Below, in pieces: positions 1-10,850 of a DNA stretch of 64,000 bases. A model generated the notes under the pieces. That model was given only the letters and a program-made list of their open reading frames with translations, ran no database searches and had not been told where the DNA came from. Every line of letters begins with the position of its first letter. Position 1 is the stretch's first letter. The translations under genes were made by a program, and so were the position numbers. The DNA comes from Octopus vulgaris (taxonomy: Eukaryota). Location: the NCBI GenBank assembly GCA_951406725.2, contig OX597816.1:112964001-113028000 (forward strand). The letters run 5' to 3'.

Positions 1-55
1 TTTTGACTGACCCATGCTAGCATTGAAAACTCAATGTTAAAATAATGTTGACGAT
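1..55 (+). mobile_element. 3' tail of RTE-clade LINE family (window edge)
   Basis: cccatgctagcattgaaaa...tgttaa...gat matches the ccatgccagcatggaaa..gatgttaaatgatgatg tail seen at 30917-30960 and 54784-54830. Confidence 0.6.
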
Positions 56-595
56 ATATATATATGTGTGTATATGTATGTGTATGTGTATGTATGTTCC
101 TATATATAATATACACGTGTGTGTGTGTATTCACATCTTTGAAAAATAAAACTTTTCGGGGAACGTTCCAATCAAAGTATACTTTCTATACTAATGTCTC
201 AGTTTGTTTGACCCCTTTACCTTCATTTATGGTTTATTTGCTTTTTCTTCACCCTAATCAGTGATATTAGTTCAAATTATGTAAGGCTGCATGAACTTCT
301 TTCCCTATAATATAAACTCTTGTGGTTGTTAAAACAGTAAGGTGTATCATTTGTCAGTTCCCTCCCTACCTTCAGTCCAATTTTACTGTTTTTATGTACC
401 GAAACACATTCATGTCCTTTGGTGAAAGAAAAACATCGTATTTAGATCTAGCTTCTGTTTTTATAATGGCATGGCATGATGTAGAAAATAGCAGCTGGGG
501 TGGATTTATGCAGAGTAATAGGGTGGTAATGAAACTTCTCTTATCATTTATCTGACAAGTAAAGCAAAGCAACAAATAGCCTGGTGGATCATGAG

Positions 596-611
596 ACACA
601 CACGCATACAT

Positions 612-648
<37 letters not shown>

Positions 649-783
649 AACACACTCACGCACTCTCTCTCTTTTCTTCTCTTTTTTCTTTTCACTGTTC
701 TTTTTCCATTTCTCTTACCCCTTCTCTTTTTCTTTCTGTCCCTCTCCCCCTCCCCTTATGTGTGTGTGTGTATGTGTGTGTGT
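596..783. repeat. Compound microsatellite (CA)n / CT-rich tract / (TG)n
   Basis: Read directly. Explains the HTHTH and VCVCV ORFs at 372-994. Confidence 0.95.
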
Positions 784-784
784 A

Positions 785-942
785 TTATCATCACCATCAC
801 TTATTGTCCATGCTCCAGGCTGGCATGGTTTCGATGGTTTGACCAGTCGAAATAGGTTCAAAGTCTGCAGTGTACTCCAGTGTCTGCTTTGGCATGGTTC
901 TGTTATGATTGGATGTCCTTCCTGTCATCAACCACTTTACAG
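785..942 (-). mobile_element. Degenerate RTE 3'UTR/tail fragment
   Basis: atcatcaccatc...ccatgctccaggctggcatgg...ggcatggttc...ggatgtccttcctg is the reverse of the family tail. Confidence 0.7.
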
Positions 943-1385
943 CATATGTGTATGTATACGCACACAGACGCACATACGCACACCCGCAAACTGAAATGCT
1001 GCCTTCTGACTTCTAATCTAGCTCCTGCAGAAAGCTGTTGGGCCACCTTCAGCTTCAGTTAAGTACATGCAATTGGAGAATCTATAAGGAAAGACACGAG
1101 ATAATATCTATAATTCTTTATTTGCATAAATATATTTAACAAGCAATAATCTGTCATGTTCAAACATTATCAAACTTTTTTTTGGAGCCTTAATACCACT
1201 GATTTTTAATGAACTTCCAATTTGACCAGAGTATGTCGATTCAAAACTTCACTGGATCCTTTCTCGCTCCTTTTGTTGGAATGCACGATATTTTGCTATT
1301 CTGACTTTTCAGCCCCCCCTCCTCCCATTATGTCATTTCTTCTCACTTTGTTTTGCTACCTTTTGATCATGGTGTAGATATCATT

Positions 1386-1761
1386 TATCTTTTGTTTCTT
1401 TCAGTCATTAGACTGTGGTCATGCTGGAGCACTGCCTTAAGGAATTCTTAGTCAAATGTATCAACCCCAGTACTTATTTTTTAAAACTTGGTACTTATTC
1501 TATTGCCAAACTTCTAAGTTACAGGGTCAGGAACACACCAGCACTGATTGTCAAGCAGTGATGTTGAGACAAACACACATATACACATTCATATATACGA
1601 TAGATTTCTTTCAGTTCCCATCTACCAAATCCACTCACGGGGCTTTGGTTGGCCCAGTACTATAGTAGAAAACACTTGGCCAAGGTGCCACACAGTGGGA
1701 CTGAACCCAGAACCATGCAGTTGGAAAGCACACTTTTTACCACACAGCCACGCATGCACCT
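1386..1761 (-). mobile_element. tRNA-derived SINE family A (CORE-like body), near full length
   Basis: Minus strand has A box tggctgtgtggtaa, B box gggttcagtccc, CORE-like gcaccttggccaagtgttttct, an internal TG/TA microsatellite and a gctccagcatgaccacagtc..tgactgaaag tail. Colinear with 18985-19390. Confidence 0.85.
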
Positions 1762-2849
1762 ATGTACACTTTTCTACATCATTTTAATGAAAGTAAATAC
1801 AAATTTTACCATTCCTAAATTTTAATTTGCCTTCTATAATTCATTTGAAGGAAAAGTTACGTTGATTCATGACATATAAAAGCTTTTTTTTCTTGGAGAA
1901 TGGACTCAATATGAGGAAACTGATTATAAGCTCATGTACCTTGGACTTTGTCTTGAGGTAAAGGATTTGACCAATAACAAAATAGCTGCTGTGAGGTATC
2001 TTGTTCCAAACTAATTCAAATAGTTCATCGCTACCGAAGAATATGTAAAAGTTAAAGCATTAGAAAAAGTGTTAATTATTCTCACAACTTGTCATTCAGT
2101 TTCTAAGTTAAATATGATTTTCTAACCAATATCCAGCTTGCCTGTTCTCTGTACTCCTTTCATTGTTATACTTCTTGGCTTGCATTTCACTGGTCATAAG
2201 AACTAATGGTAGCCCAAATTTGTGGCATATGTAAGGTGAGTCTATAAGCCCAGAAGACATATGAGCCATCACACAGAAATTCACATTTAGTAGTAGTAGT
2301 AGTGTGCATACACACACACACACACACACATTAGTTGTTGAGGATGCCATGGGACCTTTCTCAAGAAATATTCTTTTGCTTGTCTTAATCCCAGTTCAGT
2401 ATTAAGGAAAATGTTCTTTCCAGAATTCAGGGATATCTTAGGACCCTTTAGAATGTTGGTGTTGTCTGCAGCTAAAACGTTGCCCCTTGTTGTTCATACT
2501 AGGCCAAACATTTGCTTGGTTCCAGTAAAGACTTTCTGAAGTTATGGACATTTGCATAGTTTTGAAACTTTATTGCTTTCTCTTGCTGTCAGTTCTGTAT
2601 TTCTCTTAGTGAGTTTGAAACTGGTGCTTCAATTTTTAATAATAAGTTTTTTTAAGTCTAGATTTGAATGATCTTTCATTCTATGTGGATTCTTTCAATC
2701 CACATGTATACTTTTCTCCTTACACTTGTCTTTGGTACCTTTTGAACTTCCTCTCAATGATCTAGATGTAGATATTAAATGGACTCTTTAACATAACTAG
2801 CTTTTGATTCCATCAACTTAACAACATCCAATGCATTTCACATCTTCAA

Positions 2850-3450
2850 AAAAAATTGAAAGGATAAAAATGTTGCTTTCTCTCACACACACACACATCA
2901 CAAATTTCAGCGATCAGTCAACAGCTTCACAAGTACATATAATCACTTTGGCCTGAAGACCAATCTCCCAGATTTCTACCTACATCGCCATCTCTTATAT
3001 ATATATATCTTTGTAGCAAGTTGATTACTTACCTTATCTTGAAAGTCTTCTTGCCAACAAAGCTATTTCTGAAAAAATTGGTTGCTGATTACTGAAATAC
3101 AAAACTAGATCAAAATTTAGGAACTAGTTAAATGAATCTGTAAGAAGAAATATCTAAATCAAAGATTGAAGCTGATGGTTTATCAAGCTGTCATCATCTC
3201 AACATTACAGTTGTGAAACTTGGACACTGTAACATCAGAACATCAAAAAGCTGGAGCATGTTCTGTTAACAAAAGCTCTGCATAACCAACAATGTTGTCT
3301 TTGAAAAAACTAATAGTCAAAACATAGAATCCATCACAAAACATTGGCTACAATGGTAAACACGTGGTTAAGATAAAAGATTTCCTTGTCAAATATTTTT
3401 CAGTGCATTAACCTCCCAGAAATGATGAGGATTTCCTCTCCACCATTACA
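2850..3450 (+). mobile_element. RTE-clade LINE ORF2 C-terminal relic
   Basis: Frameshifted translation gives YLES..., KLMVYQAVIISTL..SCETWTL*HQNIKKLEH and ..HVVKIKD, matching the RTE KLxVYxAVVxxTLLYGCETW and WxGHVxRM motifs. Confidence 0.7.
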
Positions 3451-3599
3451 AAGAGGAACTAAAGTTAACCCTGGACATGGTTGGAACTGCAAGAAATAAG
3501 GGAAAACTGAAGTGCAAAACTGTTCCAAGTGGTGTTATTGCATCTCCATGAGAACCAATCTTAAAGTGAAAAGAAACTGAGTTGAAGGAAAATGTCAAG

Positions 3600-3736
3600 A
3601 ATAAGGACATCCAGCTGTAGAAACTCTGCCAGATCAAAATTGGAGCCTGGTGCAACCATCTGGTTTGCCAGTCCTCAGTCAAATCGTCCAACCCATGCTA
3701 GTATGGAAAGCGGGTGTTAAACAATGATGATGATGA
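3600..3736 (+). mobile_element. RTE 3'UTR/tail with (GAT)n end
   Basis: catccagctgtagaaactctgccagatc...ggagcctggtgc...tccaacccatgctag...gttaaacaatgatgatgatg. Confidence 0.85.
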
Positions 3737-5149
3737 CACAATGCAATGTCAGCTACTTCACCACCAATGCTTCCTTGCCATCTTTGTTTCTGTCTGTTTC
3801 ACACCTGGCTTAGCCTTCCTAGGTATAATCTCCATCAACATAGAAGAACCACTCAATCTGGAGGAAATTAATATTTTTGAATACAAGAATCTATGAACAA
3901 TGTGTGTGTGCATGTGTACACGTGTGTGTAAATTTTTTTGTATATACACTTGTGATGGAGACAAAAATTGTGCTTATTATTTTTCAAGCTGAAAAAAAAA
4001 CTATATCTGATGAAATCTATATTTTACAATATTCAGGTAATGAGGTGTAACTATGACTATTATAGTCTTTCCTTTCCATTTAATACTTTTCATATTTAAT
4101 TTGATATATTAGCCCTGAGTCTGACAGCTTGATGTAAATAGGTTTACAGAAATGTATTCATGCAGCTTGTTTTAAATGTACAAAAAAAAAATTTGTTTTA
4201 TTTCTTTTATATTAAAAGTTGTTTTGGTTTTTAATCTATTATTTAAGAGCTTTCATGACATATTTTCCTGAATATATATATTTTTTATTACAAATGAGTT
4301 GTAAACTAATTTGTATTGACATCACAAAAATTGTTTCTAGTTGCAACAGGATAGAGACTATAAGGAATAGAGATATTACCATAAATGTCCTTTAAACTAG
4401 TAATAATCCAACTGAAGATTAGTTTTGGAAATTATGTAGCAGGTGTACAATGAAATTTCTGTAGTTGTAATGACTTTATTTTTGCTATGTCTCATATTTT
4501 CCAACTGAAATTAATTAACTGAAGAATTCTTAACTTAAACAGTTTGCTTTATTATTTATTTTTTCCCAAACATTCAGGTTGAAATTTATTTACTTGCTCA
4601 GTTAAAAATTAGTCTTTTCATAATATTTTCGGATTAATTTTTTTTTTTTTGATGCAGTACAAGGCCTGTTTTTGTTAGATAGTTTATTCATGTGACACCA
4701 CTAGATTACTAGCTTTGTGACCATGACTGAACAAAAAAGACAAAAGCTATGGTAGAATTTTAGCATCATGCAGTTTGCTTTTATTTTTATTTTTTTTTTT
4801 ATGAAAGCATTGCTATCTCTTCAGAAAAATTACACAAATAAATAACATCTTCATCATCATAAATGTTGCTGTTACACAACACTTGATTATCCACTAAAGG
4901 ATGAGAAAAGTGTTAAACCTACCATAAAATCAAATTCGAATAAACAGAAATGACTATAAAATAGTAAAAAAAATTGTTTTCAGGTGACATGCTTTGGTTA
5001 TGTAGAATCATCAATGGAGACTGGTAGGGTCTATAAACAAAGCTTTTATAAAAACTATTGATTGCATGACATTCACTAATCTTTCAGCTATGATATTTAA
5101 CCACAGGGAGTTGTGGATAATATTTATCTGTTTTCCATTTATTAGCTAA

Positions 5150-5620
5150 CATATTTCCATGTTCTGCAACCTCTAAGATCTGTGAAATGAAAATAGAAAT
5201 TTATGTTCCTTGAAAGAAGACATTTTACATTCCAAAAATTAAGAGAAAAGGTTTTACACAAAATCCAAGTTACCATAGCAATCAGTATTCACATTGGACA
5301 AAATAATTTTGGAAACGCAGTCTACAGTTTTAGTAATAACAAAGGCATGGAACATTGAGCTATTCCACAGTGATAGCCCTGTTAGTTATAGTTCTCTGTT
5401 AAAAGATAAAGTATGAAAAAACAGTGCCCACAAACAACGAATGAAAAGTGATACGCATAACAAAAAGCAAAGAACAGATATAAAGAAATACTAAAACCAC
5501 TGATATTACTCTCATCTTGGAGAGTTGTTTAAATACTAAGAGATAATTTCTACCCGTCTAAATATGAATGTTTGATAACTACTATTGAGAATTTCCTGAA
5601 GCTAATAAATTCTTCCTTTT
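5150..5620 (+). mobile_element. Probable Gypsy LTR-retrotransposon integrase relic
   Basis: Broken frames give YIP.KLREKVLHKIQ, GNAVY and DNYY*EFPEA in the order expected for Gypsy integrase (IP..LR..VL..IH, A..VYWP, VDYYS.FPE). Very degenerate. Confidence 0.45.
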
Positions 5621-6729
5621 ACAAGTATAAAATCATGATGTTTTAGGGGTAAAACATTGAATTTATTTACTCTCTTCTCTGTCTATGGTTTCTTTGGTCT
5701 TTTTATTTAATTTTTTTTTTTGATAACCCATTTCACAAAAATGGCTCATCTGTTTCTCATTAAATTATATACCAGTATAAATCATTTTGAGTTTTAAAAT
5801 ATTTAACCCATATCTGTTACAACTTGACTAATTTCAATGTGTGTGTTTTCATGATATTAATATTACACACTGTTGCATCATGATTGAAATGATCTATTTG
5901 CCAAACTGTCATATCTGCATATAAACGACATGAGTTCTTTTAACATGCGCTATAAAAATATGCCAAAATGTTGAAGTATATTTGTCATAATTTATACACT
6001 GTCAAAGCTTATTTTGAAAGCAATAGCTGGCTAAAAAAAATGACATTTCTTCTAGCTGGCTTCATTTTTTTGTGACTCAGATGGATAATGATGAAGAGGA
6101 TAGCTTTTTAGGCCTTCTTGCTTAGAATGAACTGTAAGGAGTGAGATAATTACAGTTGACATTTCATTTGAATTATTGTTGCTAACTACATGGAGGAAAT
6201 ACAGAGAGAGGTGGAAGAAAGCATCCTAAGGGGAAAAGGCCTGGTAAAAAGGGCTTTGTACACAATTTGAAAATTAATAGTGATTTTCAAAAGTATAGAT
6301 ACAAGTGACTACATTGCATCTGTTTAAATTTGGTGGAATAGAGTTAACAAGTTCTAAGGGGAAGAGACTAATACAGCATAAGTGAAAAGATGCAAAGAGA
6401 AGATATGGTGAATATGCGGTTTCATGTTGTTGAGCACCACTGAGAGTTTGCTATTTTTCTTTTGTATTGTCAGAATATGTACAATGATGACAACAGCAAT
6501 AACAATATGGGTGGTATTAGTAGTTATTTCATCTGAAATATGTGTCATGCTACAGACTACAATTTCTATAATGACCAAAGTTATCATTCAGCTACGGTAG
6601 TAGTTGAATAATATTCTTAAGGCCATAATTTGCTCATACACAGCATCTTTCAGAGCTTGTTGCTAATTCAGTTCTTAACCAAGTTGAAAGCTGTTAACAT
6701 TTTTGAAGAGGACTAGTCCCCAGCTACAT

Positions 6730-6830
6730 TTTATATAAAAATTTATGAATTTATATTAAAGTTTATATAAAAATTTATGAATTTATATTAAAGTTTATAT
6801 AAATTTATATTACAGTTTATATAAAAATTT
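6730..6830. repeat. 32-bp AT-rich tandem repeat, ~3 units
   Basis: tttatataaaaatttatgaatttatattaaag at 6730 and 6762, an internally deleted copy at 6794 and a partial copy at 6816. Confidence 0.9.
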
Positions 6831-7328
6831 GTAGCAGCATTATAGGAGAGTAAATAACGCCAGCCATCAAGTTTAGATCTAAATAACTTTTTTAAATTTT
6901 AAAAGCAAAACACATTTATCTTAGCAGAAGAAAGCATGAAGAATTTCATAGTTTTGGTCCCATGCAACAAAAATTTGTATCAAAAAAGTTGTGAGATAAA
7001 ATATCATGAAAATATATATAAGGCAGAAAATTAGATTTAAGTATTATGAACTTTTTATTTTAAAACAAACCTATATTTCAGTTAAGCGAGGAATTCCACT
7101 GTATCAATCTCATGCAATGAAGTTTTAAAAGAAAAAAGTTATCAGTGTTTGTTTCTCAAATTTGAGGGTAATATAGTTCTATACTTTTAATGAATATAGT
7201 TCTATAAGGGGACTTTTAATATATGTCACCAGCATCATTGAGGTAAGGAAAAAATTATCAATGATACTGCTAATTGACACATTTGACACATTTATTAATT
7301 AGCATAATAGCATAGCCAAGAAAAAACA

Positions 7329-8193
7329 TATGGAAAAATACGAGCAAGAGAAATAATATTTTTAAGATTATAAACCTGGAAAAGTACAGGACAAGTTATT
7401 ACACTTGGAAAAGTTCAGGGCAAGTTATTACATCTGGTAAAGTCTAGAACAAGAAAACTTTTACTTAAAATATTGCAGCTAAGGATAAAATCTGAATATT
7501 AAAAATCATTTGATTTTAATTTACAAAGTAAATTATAATTAAAAAAAAAAACATCATTTGGTTAAAATATTGACACACTAGAATACTTAAAAAATGAGAG
7601 CCAGATGTACCAATATAGCTAAAGTTTTATGTAAAGCAGAATAGTATATATTGTAGGCAAATTCATTATGTAAAAAATAGGCATTGGGTCAAGACTAAAA
7701 ATGTGAAGACTTGGCAATAACTTAGGCCATAACTCAAGCAAATTGTACTGTGAATTTGTTGTTATACGTAGATTTTACTGTAATATATAACTAATATTTG
7801 TATTATTCTATTTATTGTACTATGTACTACTATTATTTTTTATAACCTATTTTCTAATTGTTAATTAATAATTTTAAAAATGAGTATTTTTAAAGTGCAA
7901 AAAATATTTTGAGTTATTTTTTTCTTTTAATAGAAGTAACAATTGATAAAAAATAGAAGTAATAACTTGTAATAAAAGTTTTAGTTTTAATAAAAGCTAA
8001 TATTTTCTAAATCTAAATATTTTATTTGAAATTTTATCCTTAGCTGTAATATTTTAAGTAAAAATTTTCTTGTTCTGTACTTTACCAGATGTAATAACTT
8101 GTCCTGAACTTTTCCAAGTGTAGTAACTTGTCCTGTACTTTTCCAGGTTTATAAGCTAAAGAATATAATTTCTCTTGCTTGCAATTTTCCATG
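7329..8193. mobile_element. Non-autonomous foldback-like DNA transposon with ~165-bp TIRs containing ~29-bp subrepeats
   Basis: 7329-7491 is the reverse complement of 8031-8193. Each arm has about three ggaaaagtacaggacaagttattacactt-like units. The AT-rich interior is non-coding. Confidence 0.85.
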
Positions 8194-8329
8194 TAATTCA
8201 AGTTTGTTTTTCTTTTCCTATTCTGAAAAGGAAACCCAGTCTACAGAAGATAACATGACTTATTTGAAGAATGTTTCATCTTGTGAAAGCTTCTATCTTA
8301 TGTACTCTCAAGTTGTGTTCAGCTTGTAA

Positions 8330-8622
8330 CAATTTCATGGATATGTCATGTCCAGTACTGCCTATTTCTCACACATATCTAATTCAGTTTATCAATCTGT
8401 TCACTTTCTTCACTTCCTGAGAAATCGTCTTTTTCCATTTGAACCTTTAGTTCTTCCTCTGCCATCATAACATGACCAAAGAATTATAATCTTTGTTTGA
8501 TAATCAATGCTTCCAAATTACTCTTGGGTTTCATTTGCTGCTTTATTCATGTATTTGTTGTTCTTTCTATCAAAGATATCTTCAGTAACCTTCTCTAGTA
8601 CCACATTTCAATTCCATTAATT
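8330..8622 (-). mobile_element. RTE (BovB-like) LINE ORF2 C-terminal relic
   Basis: Minus translation INGIEMWY*RRLLKISLIERTTNT*IKQQMKPKSNLEALIIKQRL*FFGHVMM matches the AFEMWCWRRMLRI.W..RTN...LEA.I...L.YFGHIMR motif. Confidence 0.8.
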
Positions 8623-8689
8623 ATCAAGGATTAAAAATACATTTTTAGGTTATACAAAAGCATCCTAAGAGAATTTGGTTCTTTTTTTT

Positions 8690-8880
8690 ATGTATATTGC
8701 CCAAGTTTTAATGATGTATTGGTTGGAACACGTTTTCTTGAAATGGCTGATATTAATTTTTTGCTGCTTTTGAATGAGATTAGATTCTCAAGTCTTTGTT
8801 CCAGTTTTTGTTCCCATGTTCAATGTCCGAAAGTTGAAAGAGAAATGCTTCACATGCTTAAGTTTATGTATAATGATTAG
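8690..8880 (-). mobile_element. Possible LINE AP-endonuclease N-terminal relic
   Basis: Minus strand reads FNFRTLN, resembling the TFNVRTL endonuclease start motif. Little else is recognisable. Confidence 0.3.
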
Positions 8881-9769
8881 AGATGACAGAATGCTGTTAA
8901 TGTAGGTACAATGTAGAAGGAAATATAAGACTGCAGTGAATACTCTGATTGATAGACTAGGTTGGATTTAATAGCTATCTGCAAGCTTTGCTAGTACCTA
9001 GAGCAGGTAGTTTTTTTTTTCTAATATTCTTGAGAAAACGAGATCATGTAGATATGTGCGTGTGTTTTATATATATATATATATAATTTTAATGATGATG
9101 ATAATAATAATAGTAGTAATAATAATGCTGGATGCATCAAGTCATTGTGGTAAAATGCATTTGGTCTGTCTTTAGTACAAATATGACTTGTATAGAAAAT
9201 ACAGATGACTCAGTACTTGATTGTTAAATTTATCAATCACTGCATCAGGTACAGTTCATTCCATATCGATATTTGACATAAAATTCTAATAAGATGACAT
9301 ATGCTATACAACTCCATTTCGAAAGCAACAAACATTGCTTGTAATGTGGTAATTAAATCTGTAAATAAAAGAGATGGAAGAGGTAGTCAAGTATTACAAC
9401 TGTTTCAAAAGCAAACTGGTTGCATCTTACATAATATTACAATTTCTTGTGGCCATTTAGTGTACTTTTCCATCAGGTACATACAACTGTTTAGTTGAAA
9501 ACAGTGATGCTGTAATGGAGAGTGCAAAAGGAAGCAGGCTAGAAGATAGAATAAAAAAAGTGAGATTGGAATTGGTAAAAACCAATGGTGTACCCTACTC
9601 ACCGGTTACCTTTGCAAGATAGGAGTGTGTGGTTTCATTTCTTTAGAAGCATACTCAAATTATTGCAGTGGATTATAATCTCATTAATGTACATGTGATA
9701 TCAATGATGAGCAACTAGTGCACCAAAAGCTGGGATACTTTTTGCTTATGATAAATATGAGTAGTAAAA

Positions 9770-10105
9770 GCTCAATGGCTATGCGGTTAAGAAGCTCACT
9801 GCATGCCATCTATAGCCCTCAGCTAACAAGAGCATTTTGAGTGGATTTTGTGGACAGAAACTGAAAGAAACCTGTCTCGTGTGTGTGTCTGTGTTTGTCC
9901 TTGTCTTGACATTGCATGAAAGTTAAAAGCAAGGGTCACCATGATACAAATGTTGTCAATCATTTCTAGTCTTCCATTAAAAACATGTGCAACTATGTGG
10001 AAATATTACTTCGCTTGGAAACAAGTTAAAGTAAGGCATCTAGTCGTAGAAAATCTGTCTCAATGAACTCCATCCAGCCCAAGCAAGCATAGAAAAGTGG
10101 GTGTT
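9770..10105 (+). mobile_element. Old family-A-headed SINE with RTE-type tail
   Basis: tggctatgcggttaagaagc...gagtggattttgtggacagaaactgaaagaa head/body, then aaggcatctagtcgtagaaaatctg...ccatccagcccaagcaagcatagaaaagtggg tail. Confidence 0.6.
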
Positions 10106-10269
10106 GCACCGACTAACATTGGAAGTGGAAGCAGCCGTAAGGAATGTTATGCCATGTTTTGTATAAAAAAAATCAACCAATCAACCAATGTGGTTCAATT
10201 TGTTTTGTATGTTGATCAAAAGTTTTTTCCATTTTCTGATTATTTATTTATGTGTGTGTGTGGTGAATT

Positions 10270-10850
10270 TGATTCTGCAGTAACTGTTAATCGGCACTGA
10301 AGAAAACATTACAGAGTGTAAAAAATGGTTGTTTGGAATTATTTCCATTAACTCCAAGATATTGAGATATGAATGATAACCGTAGTTCATTATTTAATTT
10401 AGCAAATTTCTAGATTCTGAAGTTGTCTTCAGTATGGGGTACTCTGTTTTATATTTCCAGTTTATGAGTAAGTGTTCAAAGAAGATGATGTATTAACATG
10501 TTCAGTTAGATGTGTACCAATTTGAGACTATCAGATCCTTTTACTTTGATAGTTCTAATAAAGAGGTTGTTGCACTTGGCAGCTGTGAATCTATAGTTAG
10601 TGTGTTTATGGTGATTAGGTTAGAGAAAGGGAGTCCAACAGAGGATTTGTTGTATGTGAGGAGTAGATGGAGACGAAACATGCAGTGAATATGGATGAAT
10701 CGCTCTACAGGAGTCATGTTTAAAGAGCCATCTGGTTTGAAGAGTGGCAGGTGGGAAGAATCATCAAAGTTGGGTGAAATCCTTTTAACAAGATACCAGG
10801 ATGTGCCTGCAGCTGCTGAGAGCTTGCATGCAATGCATTGCACAAAGCTT
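10270..10850 (-). mobile_element. CR1-group LINE ORF2 relic (EN-RT linker and RT start)
   Basis: ORF 10541-10843 gives SWYLVKRISPNFDDSSHLPLFKPDGSLNMTPVER. Downstream broken frames give WKYKTEYPILK and MEIIPNNHFL, matching FWxLVK..PPLFKPDGS..WKxAxVxPI.K..MExIIN. Confidence 0.7.

Noticed and set aside
64-1062. Cluster of overlapping ORFs
   Set aside because: They derive from CA/TG/CT microsatellites and an RTE tail. The FRYIKTVKLD stretch may be LINE debris but I cannot support a call.
3989-5024. Two small exon candidates (3989-4036 and 4985-5024); the second reads GDMLWLCRIINGDW, vaguely SH3-like
   Set aside because: Weak splice sites (AAG acceptor, GTAGGG donor), no further SH3 exons found, and the second lies beside a probable Gypsy relic.
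6080-6350. Possible PIF/Harbinger transposase N-terminus (KKGFVHNLKINSDFQKY)
   Set aside because: Similarity is too short and broken; no TIRs or catalytic motifs.
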